In this document: positions 13,771 to 24,723 of the stretch, piece by piece
Position numbering within the stretch: position 1 is the stretch's first letter
Layout of the letters: every line of letters starts with the position of its first letter
Made by a program: the position numbers and the translations under genes
Assembly: GCA_040954595.2 (NCBI GenBank)
Contig: CM082580.2
Span: forward strand, 1,168,783-1,232,782
Length of the DNA stretch: 64,000 nt
Source: Balanoglossus misakiensis
Taxonomy: Eukaryota > Animalia > Hemichordata
Direction: 5' to 3'
The notes under the pieces: model-generated
The model's input: only the letters and a program-made list of their open reading frames with translations
Databases searched by the model: none
Told to the model about the DNA's origin: nothing

Positions 13771-13981
13771 TACTGTAAAACACTTTATTTTAGCGAGTTG
13801 AAATTTTCACGATATCGAGAGAGGCTACTGTTTCGCGAGTATTAATTTTCGCGTTCTCTTATTTCATTCACTGCATCGTTATCTTCAAAAATAATTATGC
13901 GACCTCTTATTTTCATACCATTTTGGCTCTCACGTATCTCGCGAAAATGTATTGCTCGCGAAAATAACTTGTTTCACAGTA
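13771..13981. mobile_element. MITE with TACTGT...ACAGTA ends (probably Tc1/mariner-type, TA target)
   Basis: tactgtaaaacactttattttagcgag versus ctcgcgaaaataacttgtttcacagta form imperfect TIRs, with internal ttttcgcg repeats. Confidence 0.65.
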
Positions 13982-13997
13982 TATGCAAATATGCAGT

Positions 13998-14100
13998 AAT
14001 CTGAATAAAATCAGATGTATGGTACGACGACGTCTTTTACTTATGTGGTACAGTATTATTAGTATGCTGTCGTCATACCAACTGCGATTTTAGTCAGATT
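13998..14100. mobile_element. Short palindromic MITE-like element (same family as 13628-13736)
   Basis: aatctgaataaaatcagatgtatggtacgacgac ... gtcgtcatacca...gattttagtcagatt. Confidence 0.55.
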
Positions 14101-14412
14101 GTATGTACGTCAACACTGATTGTTGTGGCTGCCTTAAATAGGTTTTCACTTTGCGCTACCTCTATACGTAACGCGTTCACTCAGTAGACCAAAGTACACG
14201 GATGTCCAGCAGACAAGAGTTCCTGTTTATACCATGAGGCTAGAAGACTGTATTGTGTTATTATACAGTGGTGCAGTCTAGATTTTAGTGAGGGATTGAA
14301 GCGAATCCAATTGCTTGCTTGAAACTCGCCCATCGTGATTGTGCATTGATAAAATACAATAATCATACCACAGAAACATAAATTCCAGCTGCGCCTATCA
14401 GCGAGATTGTCA

Positions 14413-15340
14413 TAGCCTGGAGACCAGGGCGTCGGGGAAAAGAAACGCCCGGGGACAGTCTCTATTTACGAACAGAATTCTGTTCGTAGAACGACACGTG
14501 TGGTAAATCTTGCGTGTAAGCTAATTGGTCACTCAATGTTAACCACATGACATCGTCGCCTTCTAAATAAGGAAATAGAGGTGGAGTCATGTGTGAAATT
14601 CCCGCGATGGGATGTGGGAGTGGTTTTGAAAGTGTATGAATATTCATAACCAAGCTTTGTTAAAGGCACGTAAGGTGTAACTTTTGGGATAATTTTCATA
14701 ATTTTTGTTTCAAACTGCACTACCATTAGTCCATGCAGATGGAGGTAGTGAACAATACACAAGCATTATAAACCCTAAGTATGAGTGCATATGCAAGTTT
14801 TAACCAGATAAATAATAAAGCTTTGCCGCAAGCGATTATGGCCGCCACCGTGGGAAAATGCAAGAAACAATGAAAATGTTGCATTTCCGGTTGTGAAACT
14901 TCATAAACAAAACATGATCTCATCCACTTGAGCTCATGGAAGTAAATGTACACCACTGAGACATCAGATTTTCATTTTTCATTGCAATATTGCGCTTTTT
15001 TAAAAATTGCAGGAATTTTCGTTTTTCTTTAATTTTTGGCCATTTTGTCATAAATAAGTGTTGAGCTTGATATATTATCATGAAATAGCATTTAATAGAC
15101 ATAATTAAAAGCATATATGAGATTATTTAAAACTTTAATTTTTTATCCAGTTACAGCTTACGTGCCTTTAATTATATCATCCAACCACTGGCGCCCGTCA
15201 ACATTTGATAGATCACTCGTTATCCATTTGTTACTAAGCGACCTCGATCGTTGCCAAGACTACTATCTTTCAGCTCAGCAGGACTTGCTCGACTGTCCCC
15301 GAGCGTTGTATTTTAGATCGACGCCCTGGTCTCCCGGCTA
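14413..15340. mobile_element. Non-autonomous AcademH-type DNA transposon (928 bp)
   Basis: 22-bp TIR TAGCCTGGAGACCAGGGCGTCG / CGACGCCCTGGTCTCCCGGCTA (1 mismatch). Perfect 9-bp TSD AGATTGTCA (14404-14412 / 15341-15349). TAG termini with a 9-bp TSD fit AcademH. Confidence 0.85.
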
Positions 15341-16881
15341 AGATTGTCAATATATACGCCGCATGTTGCCAGCCAGGGCCCCGACTGACATTCCCTCTGA
15401 ATATACACACCCCTCTATTGAAAATGGAACATTCCTGCAAGCAAAGCATGTTGTACTTGCTTACATCAGCTGTAGTGACTTGTGTAGACCCCCAGCGCGC
15501 GGCCTCTACTGTCTGTATATGGTCTGTCACAGTCCCCGGGAGTAACTGTCATGACAGAAATCGGTTTGTCAACGGCAAAACGGAGATAAGGTGTTTTTTC
15601 CGAATATAGAATATTCAATTCTGTTTGATTCGGTCATGCCCAAAGTGTGCGTAGCTGTCGTCCTCTGACAACGCTCGCTCATATTTCATGCGGAGAACTT
15701 AAGTAGGTTCAAGCCAAGTTTTAATAGTTGGGCTAAGGTCTTCCCTGATAAGTGTTGAAATGTTTGGGGTGTTACTGTCCGGGCTGTAACGACTTGGGTC
15801 GTGGAAAATGGGGGCTGAAACGACTGGGGCCGAAAGGGTCAGAGTGCCGGAACGACCTGTTTAAACATGTCGTTCCAGCACTATGACCCTAAAGTGTTAC
15901 CTAAGATAGTGTCCAGCGTCTAGCCGTTATTGAAATTATAGACCCTGCAGCGAGACTGAGCATGATTTGTTGTTGTCATGAAACTCATCTCGTACTCCAG
16001 TCACTTTCATACAAAACGGCTATGAGTGTCCAATGGTCTTTGTTGAGACTGTTTGACATTGAATGGCATTGACCTCGCGGGAGGATATCCTTCATGAATA
16101 CAATGCAGGATATAATTTACATTGGCAAAGGGCTTTGAGGTGCACCAAATTAGTAATTTAGACACACCTTAATTATTACATGCCACCCCAAACTTTTTTA
16201 AAGCAAGAAACAAAATTGCAGTGCTTTTCCAATGACGCTTTTTAAAATGTAGAATCAGATTGTTTTCTTGTCGCTCAGGTGTCCAAAATAAATATAGCTG
16301 TGATCAATTCCTACTTAAAGCAAACAAAAGTAAATTGAGTTGAATGGGCACGTCCGGCCCATATTTGACCCATTTCACATTTTTTCTTTCTTAGGCTGCA
16401 TTCACAAACACCTCTGGAGGGGGGGGGGGGGAATTCATCTTTTACCGCTAATTTTCACATGCCCCCCCCCCTTTCACAACCCGAAATATTTTGAAATCCC
16501 CCTTCCGAACTGCCAAAATTTTGAAATCCCCCCATTTTCTTTAACAGAGCAAAACTCATAACTCTGCTCAAGCGCTCCCATGAAAAGAATTTGAAACTGA
16601 TGTTTCCCCTCATCAGTGGGTATTAAAACTGAACATTGTTTTTATTTTTTAAGTATTTTGTATGATTATAATTAAAAAATATACAACTTAGCTAAAATGC
16701 TTAGATGAGTTAATCAGATTTTCAAAGTCCACCTAAAAGATCATTTAATCTTTCCAGGGTGCGGTTTATGTTGGAGATAGTATCAGTTAGGCTATTTCTC
16801 AGAAAATCAATGAACGATCTGCGGACACCCCGAATAATATGTTACCACAACGCTAGCCAGGAAGCACATGGGACATTTCAC

Positions 16882-17180
16882 AATGAGGCAGTGAACACTG
16901 GGGGGACCAGACTGACACGTTAACCAATCAGGGAGCTGTATGGTGAATAAATACATATTAATAAGACCTAACCTACAAGGTCCTGCATAATGAGGCAGTG
17001 AACACTGGAGGACCAGACCTACACATTAACCAATCAGGGAGCTGTAAAGTGAATAATGCATTGTAATAAGACCTAACCTACAAGGTCTGGTGAATAATAC
17101 ATAGTAATAAGACCTAACACATAAGGTCCCTCCAATCAGCGAGCCGCAAGTGGACCTTAGAGAAGTGGATAAACCAATCA
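16882..17180. repeat. ~107-bp tandem repeat containing CCAAT boxes
   Basis: aatgaggcagtgaacactgg at 16882 and 16989; the subunit gtgaataa...taataagacctaac occurs three times; ccaatca occurs four times. Confidence 0.75.
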
Positions 17181-17234
17181 GAACATGTAATACGTGTGCA
17201 TAGGACCTGTAATGTAGGTCATTTTGAAACAGGA

Positions 17235-19247
17235 CTAGTTCACCATGACCAACCACATGACCCAGGAAATCGATCTGCTCATAACCCACATAACACTTAG
17301 TTGGTCTCGCTGTTAACTTTGCCTTTCGTAGTCTGCTCATCAAATCTGTAATTGTCTTGATATGTTCTTCCCATGATGCAGTGTGGATCAGTATGTGATC
17401 GATATAGTTGTCTACGTTCTTCATATCTCTTAACAATCTTCTCATAATTCTGCTAAAAGTCGCAGCACTATTTACAAGTCCGAAAGGCATTTTGATAAAT
17501 TGGTATAGCCCATCATGCGTGATAAATGCCGTCAATTGTTTAGAATTATCAGTCAACGGGACTTGCCAATATTCTTTGCTGAGATCTACTTTAGTGAAAT
17601 AGTGATCCTTGGATAACTTAGCAAAAAGCAAAAAGCTCACTCAGGTCTGGTGTAGGCTCTGCATCAAACACTGTTATGCGATTGAGCTTTCTCATGTCAA
17701 CACAACAACGATTGGACCCATCAGATTTCTTCACCATTACCAGTGGAACAGCATATGGACTCTCTGAAGGTTCAGCTACTCCCATCTTAATCATCATTTT
17801 GACTTCATCTTTCACTGCTTCACGGAGTGCATGAGGGATGGGGTATGGCCTACTGCATACTGGTGTTGGATCCATCAACTTGATGTCATGGAAACCCAGG
17901 TTGGTGTTACCACGAATATCAGTTAACATATCTTTGTAATTGATCAGCAACCTCCTCACCACTTGCTTCTGTATGTCTGACAAGTTGTCACATACATTCA
18001 CATCTGCAGCAAATTCTTTCTGCTTGAATGCAGGAACCCGCAGTAAGTCATCGTTTACTTTAACCCCTGTGTTCTCTTGTACTTCTGAAGATTCATAACT
18101 CTGCTCATCTATCACAGATACACACACAATCTCAAGAAGTCCAGCTGATACTTCATCTAGCTGATCAGTTCTTCGATAGTACCTCTTCAACAGGTTGGCA
18201 TGGAATGTTTTCACCCTATGACCAAAGTCAATCTTGTAATCCATATTGCTCGCTTTCTCCACCACTGGAAAAGGACCCTTCCAGTGCATAAGTAGTTTAT
18301 TATGGTCAGTAGGTAGTAGCAATAACACCTCGTCACCTTTGTTGAACTTCCTCCATTTGGCCTTTCTATTGTAGTAGGACTTGTATTTGCCTTGTGATAT
18401 CTTCAGTTCTTGTCTTGCTAAATCGCATGCCTTCTTTAATTTCTTTTGAAGATCAAGGATGTATTGATAAGTCGTTTTGGTTTCTGGTTCACTGATCTCT
18501 CCAGTCCATAGTTCTTTCAAGATAGCCATTGGACCACGCACACTCCTCCCATAAAGTAACTCAAACGGAGAGAATCCTGTGCTCGATTGAGGCGTTTCTC
18601 TGTAGGCAAATAGTAAAGCATTCAGATAACGATCCCAATATGTTGGACGTTCCTCACACATCTTCCTGAGCATGAGTTTCAATGTACCATTGAACCGTTC
18701 CACTAGACCATTGAATGCTGGGTGGTATGGGGTGGTAGTCATCTGCTTTATAGACAAAAGCCGGCTGACCTCACGCATCACATCTGATGTAAATTGAGTT
18801 CCTTGATCTGTCAGAATTTCACGTGGACACCCCACTCTTGAGTAGATGTCCAGGAGCGCCTCTGCAACAGTCTTGGTATCAATGTTAGTCAATGCAACAG
18901 CCTCCGGATAGCGTGTTGCATAATCAACAACAGTAAGTATGTACCTATTCTTGCGTTCAGTGCATGGATGAATAGGGCCAACCAGGTCTACTGCAATACG
19001 TAGGAAAGGGATATCTATTAGTGGCATACTTCCAAGTGGTACCTTGGTCACCCGTCCCTTTGGTTGTGTCCGTTGACATGAATCACAGGACTGACAGTAA
19101 CGGGAAACATCTGATGTTAGCCCAGGCCTAACGAAGTTGCTGAGGATCTTGTCTGTGGTCTTGTGAGTTCCGTGGTGACCACCCAGCACTGATTCATGGG
19201 CTAGTCTCATCACCTGGTTACGATACACTCTGGGAACCACCACCTGT
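17235..19247 (-). pseudogene. pol: Gmr1-like pol: integrase (HHCC, DDE, GPF) followed by reverse transcriptase
   Basis: HESVLGGHHG..CQSCDSC; AVDLVGP, TDQGTQF, GLVERFN; WKGPF. Then RPYPIP, KKSDGS..CVDMRKLN, DLSKEYWQV, MPFGLVNS and YIDH (mutated YIDD). Frameshift near 17630. Confidence 0.92.
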
Positions 19248-19288
19248 CACTACAGCTTGAACGACGCCACCTATGGGCAGTATTTCCG
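19248..19288 (+). repeat. Left bipartite terminal inverted repeat
   Basis: CACTACAG-cttgaacgacgccaccta-TGGGCAGTATTTCCG. Confidence 0.85.
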
Positions 19289-20096
19289 TGGCAGCCTATG
19301 AAGCTCATGAATATTTAATTAGACACAGTAATGGCGTTCGCGATCGAACACAGCTGTCGATGCACAGCATAATTCGGTGAGTAATATTGCTTTATTCCAA
19401 GTTTTGTTTAGTAAAATTAGCAAGATGTCAGAGACAATATGAAATAAAGTTGCGATTCTGCTGTGTTATTTATGTGTATCAGCCAAATAACTTGAACATT
19501 TTGATCACCCGCTGACAGTCCCTGGCCGTTGCTATAGCAGAAGCCGTCCTAAGCAACCATAAACAAACACTAAAAATTACAACGATTCAGCTTCACAGAA
19601 TTGTTTTTTTCAATTTGAAAACCATACGAATTTAGTCTTTTATACGTAAACATAGGATTCCATGTTTAAAATGCTGCTACAAGCAATATGACGAAATCAT
19701 ACCAAGCGAAAATATACGACCCTGTGTGTTCCTTGGCAGCAGCACGGGTTACATTGATTGTAATGGCGGCGCTTCGAATTTTCGGCGACATGGTGATATT
19801 GTTCATAGAATTGACAGAAAATAAGACCGTAACTGAAAAATCAGAAACCAATAGTTTGTGCTAAAATATATTCTTGATATAATTCGCTGGAAATTCGAGG
19901 GTGAAAACGAAATAAGAAAAAAATGAATGGGCGAGATTGTTATGGTAAGGTTACCCACATTCTTTCTATGTCACCTTTGACCTCAATTTCTGGAGGAAGT
20001 ATAATGAGCAGGTGTTTTGTTTTTGCTTCCCTCGGATAGATAATTATTGTAAAGATATTTCTCTTGTTCACCCTTTTCAGGTATAGATTTAGAGCC

Positions 20097-23000
20097 ATGT
20101 GGGGCAAACTATTCAACAGGAGTAGCGCACTTCTTAAAAGTTTGTCTATTGTTATGCCGAATAGAAAAGGGAAAAGTTACTTCAACATAGGCCAGTGGGC
20201 AAAGGACCAAAAGATAGCGAGACAGGTAGCTGAAGAGAAGTGTTTACAACAACTATATCAGGAGAAATTGAAGACTAGATCTTTGTCTGGGAGCGTGGCC
20301 AACAACCTATTGGTAGTTAGAACAAAGAGAGGACAGACTAAACACAGGTTTAACTTAGGAGAGTGGTGTAGACAGAGAAAGAGAAAGAGAGATGAGGAAG
20401 AAAGCATAATTCAGGATAAGTTGAATAAGTTGAGTGCAGCTAGGAGACTAGTAAAAAGATCCTCAACCCAGCTAGCTAGACTAGAGAAGAAGAACAGTAA
20501 GATTTGTGAGATCTTAGCTACAAAGAATAATAAGAGAAAGGTAAGCTAGATCAGATAAATAGACTTAGTCATAATTTTAAAAATCTCAGATTTGTATAAA
20601 TCCTCTTCAAATTTTAGCCCAAATTCGCTTTTTGAACTTCATGTCACATGATCCTGTGTAAACAATGATAACAAAATGGGTTCAGCTTTGATGCAAAACA
20701 TCTAGGTTTTCCAACAAACTATGTATATTTTTTAGGATTTTTATTGCAGAAGTTGTCAGAAAAATACAGGCTACACGTGTGTATTTCTTATCAAGGACAT
20801 TTAAATTAATGATTAACTTGTAAGAAGATTTTATTTTATATATAATGATTATATTCTAATTAGTATATATTTATCACACACTTAATCTTTCAGATTCCTG
20901 TTGATGTTGTTAATGTGAAACGCTCTAAATGGGTCCACAAGAACACTGAAGTATGTGCAGATAATAGTGAATCTTTGAAGCTGTCGCGACGTCAACAGTA
21001 TGAACGTAGGTGTGAAACCTTATCAGCAGCCATAAATATTCATGTAGCAACTACAGATGTAAGCCCAGCCAAAGGTATAAATAAACCGAATGTACTACAT
21101 CCACCAAAAGCAGCACTTGATGGTTTGTGGTATACTCTTGTTAATTCTGCCACTCCTGACCAAATGAAAACATTCTTCAGAACCTCTCCCCAAATCAGTA
21201 AAAAAGTAATGCCATCAGTATTTGATAAATACATCAGTAAATTTGAGAAAAGTGAGAACAATTTGGTGAGGAGTGTCAGAACTATGTATGAGGGCGGAGT
21301 ACTATCCAAACGAAAATATAACTGTCTGAGGCAGAGTGAACATCAGATGTTCTCCAACTTGAAACATCCTAGGAAAGCAGTAGAAATTCATTCTGGCTGT
21401 AGAATACCAAGACTGCTCCCATACACAAAAGTTGTACAGTATGTAAGTAACCTTGACATTGGAAATCTTGAGCCAATTATATCATCTGAAGGCAAACAAG
21501 TCGGCTTAAAAAGAAACCCTGAGGAGTTGCTTATTAAGATTGCCAGTTTATATTTAAATATGGGGGAAACACAGCCTGATATTCTTAACTGGTTCGGTAA
21601 ACAGGAGGGCTCATTTCAAATCAGTATAGGTGCTGACGGGGCTCCGTTTGGCAAACATGGACAGGCCACTGCATGGCTAGTTAGTTTCTTGAATGTGACC
21701 CACCGTGTTGCTAGCCCAGACCACAATTTTCTCCTATTAGGGGCAAACATAAAAGAGGATGACCCCATAATGATTGAATTTGCAATTGCATTGTCAAAAG
21801 ACCTTGAGTGTATTGAGAAACGTAAATATAAAGTTGGCAGTCTTGATGTAACTTTTCAGGTGTCACTTTTACCCTTTGATCAGAAGGGATTGGCCAGTGT
21901 GTCTGGAGAACTAAGCAATGCAGCAAAGTATTTCAGCTCATTTGCTAACGTTCCAAAAATGATATTGATTGTATTGGAGCAGAAATTGGCCCAGGTCAGA
22001 AGTGGGATGAATGGAAATATCAGAAAAGAATTAAAGATGCAGAAGCTGTTGAAAAGTTGAAGTCAACTAAGAAAATTAAAACTGGAAAGCCCAAAACAGT
22101 GCGACCCAAAATCACACAATTTATAGCCAGTCTGAGGTCAAGACAGGAATTTGTACCACCGTTGGGTAGATTTATTGATTGTGCCAAGGCTGAGCCATTG
22201 CATTTAAAGAACAATGCATGGCAATACTACTTCCAACGATTACTGATTGACGCAGTTGCCCACACTTCGGAAAAGGGTCGTGAAAATGGAGTTAAAATTG
22301 AGAATCTACCTAACGAGTCATATCTGTACAAATTCCTGTCTGCCCTAAAATATCAAGTAAAAGCTGGAAAGTTGTATAATAAGATTGTAAAATACTTCAA
22401 TGAAAATAGTGTCAAGTCAAATGCCAACATTAATGTGGTTTATCGCTTCACTGGTGAGGAGTCTCGCAAACTTGCTTGGCATTTCATAGGATTGGTATTA
22501 GCATTGAGAAGCGATACAGACAGACCAAAGCGTCGGGCTCAATTAGCTCTCTACACATATACTGGTATCTTGCTTAGAGATATCACTTTGTTATTCTCAC
22601 GATTCAACATAAATGAGGGAGATTTGCTTGTACTTAGGCATAAGTGTCGGTGGTACTTTAATCTACATTCCCTGTTTCTGAATGTCAATAATACTGTGTG
22701 GCACATTGGTTATGTAGTCCCAAAACACACCACTAGTATCTATAAGCAATTCAGTCTGGGATTAGGCCTAAACACAATGGAAGGCAGAGAGGCAAAGCAT
22801 CTAGAATTCTGCTAGAATTCAGTGAAAATTCTACACCTCAAAATAGGTGGGCCCTCATATTTCGACACGAATATGTGATGCTTTTTTGGCTGAGGAACAA
22901 AAGTCCAAAAGCTGACAACTATAGAAATGCAAATGTAGGTCAATTTGAGCTTAAAGAAAAAGAAAAATACATTCCCAGTCGATATTATGAGAATGCAGGC

Positions 23001-23136
23001 TACTGTATGTGTGGCAATTTAAAAAAATGAAACAATGACTGCCTGTGAAATATGTGTTGACCCAATTATGGATGACATAAAAAAAGCAGCTGTCACTGGT
23101 AAAATATCAAATAAACTCAAGAAACTTATGCTGTGA
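20097..23136 (+). pseudogene. Spliced DDE transposase with RAG1/Transib/Chapaev-like core (about three frameshifts)
   Basis: Exon 20097-20540, phase-0 GT-AG intron 20541-20893, exon from 20894 in frame. Motifs FQISIGADG (D 21635), LPFDQK..SG (D 21878), EPLHLKNN, FTGEESRKL, GLGLNTMEGREAKH (E 22789), C-terminal CMCG..CEIC. Frameshifts near 21955, 22810 and 23025. AATAAA at 23260. Confidence 0.82.
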
Positions 23137-23988
23137 ACAATGATTGAATTTGAAACAGTGGATTGTGTCACTGTGTGCTACTTTAGAATTAAAGGATAAC
23201 TATAGTATTAATTACATTACAGAATTATAAAGACTCATCTGTAGTTGAGAGCTGCATTTAATAAAAATGGAGATCACAAATCACATGAATTCACACTTTT
23301 TGAACTGGAGATGATATGTTTCTTATGGGATTTTGTATATGTGTGCATGTATGGGGACAGGGAAATTGAAACTTATCTTACCACTATTAAGTATTGTGAA
23401 TAAACCCTTAATCGTATAGTGATTGCAGTGCTTTGCAAAATTAAAATGTATGACATACATACGCTTGATAGAAAAGTTTTACATTTTTCTTGAGGAGTTG
23501 TTTATTCTGCACCTGCACGAAATTTTAATGAATTTGTGAAAAAATAAAGAATTAAGTCTCATCAAATTCTTGATATTTATAAATTTTGTCATGGAATTAA
23601 TTGTAAATATTAATTAAATTTAGACCAGAAATCCTGGTTAACTGTTAGATGAGCAGTTTTGATTGACTTATCAATGTTGATTGTAGGTAACATACATTTT
23701 TTTCTGAAACTAATGAAAAATCTATGTTACAATAATGATGGAAAAAAAGAATTTTACAGTTTAGGAAATTTTGTAAACATTATCTGTTCATTTGTATTGA
23801 ATGTAGATAAATAAAGACAAGTGATGAATTTTTGAGTCTTCTAATTTTCCTTTTTTTATTTGAATATATGTCAATTGTGAGAGGACTGTCTTGACAGACT
23901 GATACATCTACACTGAACAACATGTGCCACAGATCAGGAAAAAAATGTTCCTCAGATGGGTTGAATCAGTGTGAAAAATCAATAGGGT

Positions 23989-24639
23989 TCAGTTCTCTGG
24001 ATGTAATGGAATTCCATGTTTGTTCCAGGCACCAAAGCTGAATCTAACAGCAACAGTCTCCCTGTTGATAAAATATTTCACAACACAGGGCTTCTCAGGT
24101 GTGAATATAACAGCTACCCTCTTTCCACGGACTTTCTTCTCTAGGATATTCTCTGTATGCTGACCGATAGCGCCCTCGTAGCAATAACCTTTCCGTATCA
24201 CATACAATAGCTTCAAGGAACTTGTGAAGGTCAAGGTTATGATAGCCCTGGAGGTCTTCTCGTCGATACCAAAACCGGTCCGAGTAGCAAACTGATGAAA
24301 AACATCAAATACTTCCCTCGGCATTTGTCGTGTAAAGCTGCTTTGCCATGGTGACCTTAACGACGGGGATGTTGACAGCCGAGCGTAGAAGGTCTTCTGC
24401 CAGTAGGTCATATCACGCTGAAACATGGGAAATACGGCGACGTCACGCCAACGAATCTTGTCCTTTGACAGCTTGTCGTTTCGAAATATGGCCCTTGTTG
24501 TCACATCCTCAAGTTCATCAAAGAGTGGGTGTATATACAGATTGTCCGACACGCATTTTTTACGTTTAAGCACAGATTTTGCCTCTCGCAATTTGCGTTT
24601 TATAACTTTCTCGGCATCGATCAACACGGGCGCCGCCAT
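23989..24639 (-). CDS. Orphan 216-aa basic protein; second, convergent gene of the transposon
   Basis: Uninterrupted ORF with strong start context ccaagATGGCG 84 bp inside the right end. Minus-strand AATAAA at 23855-23860. No family recognised. Confidence 0.75.
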   Translation of the reverse strand: MAAPVLIDAEKVIKRKLREAKSVLKRKKCVSDNLYIHPLFDELEDVTTRAIFRNDKLSKDKIRWRDVAVFPMFQRDMTYWQKTFYARLSTSPSLRSPWQSSFTRQMPREVFDVFHQFATRTGFGIDEKTSRAIITLTFTSSLKLLYVIRKGYCYEGAIGQHTENILEKKVRGKRVAVIFTPEKPCVVKYFINRETVAVRFSFGAWNKHGIPLHPEN

Positions 24640-24683
24640 CTTGGCAATGCGTTGCTATGGTGAACATGGGAGCTCGCGCTTCG

Positions 24684-24723
24684 CGGAATACTGCCCAACA
24701 TAGCTCTAGTATTTCCCGCAGTG
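24684..24723 (-). repeat. Right bipartite terminal inverted repeat
   Basis: Read inward: CACTGCGG-gaaatactagagctatgt-TGGGCAGTATTCCG. Confidence 0.85.

Larger units (their letters stand above)
19248..24723 (+). mobile_element. Two-gene CAC...GTG DNA transposon with a RAG1/Transib/Chapaev-like transposase
   Basis: Begins CACTACAG at 19248 and ends CCGCAGTG at 24723. 3-bp TSD TGT (19245-19247 / 24724-24726). Removing it restores the pol frame EKLL-Q-VVVP. TGGGCAGTATT starts at nt 27 from each end. Confidence 0.9.

Noticed and set aside
23989-24639. RAG2 identity for the second gene
   Set aside because: Too short for a kelch propeller, with no GG-kelch repeats or PHD finger visible.
24635-24643. 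GCCATCTTG, resembling the ProtoRAG TIR inner element
   Set aside because: It lies ~80 bp from the end, in the opposite orientation relative to the terminus, has no counterpart at the left end, and is explained as the start context (YY1-like AAGATGGCG) of the orphan ORF.
19248-24723. Plain CACTA/EnSpm call based on the CACTA start and 3-bp TSD
   Set aside because: The protein lacks recognisable TnpD motifs and instead follows the RAG1/Transib/Chapaev motif series; the right end reads CACTG and the TIR is bipartite. A broader CMC relationship remains possible.
24621-24723. C-terminal extension of the 553-aa gag-protease ORF
   Set aside because: Read-through into the inserted transposon end; the true continuation is at 19247.
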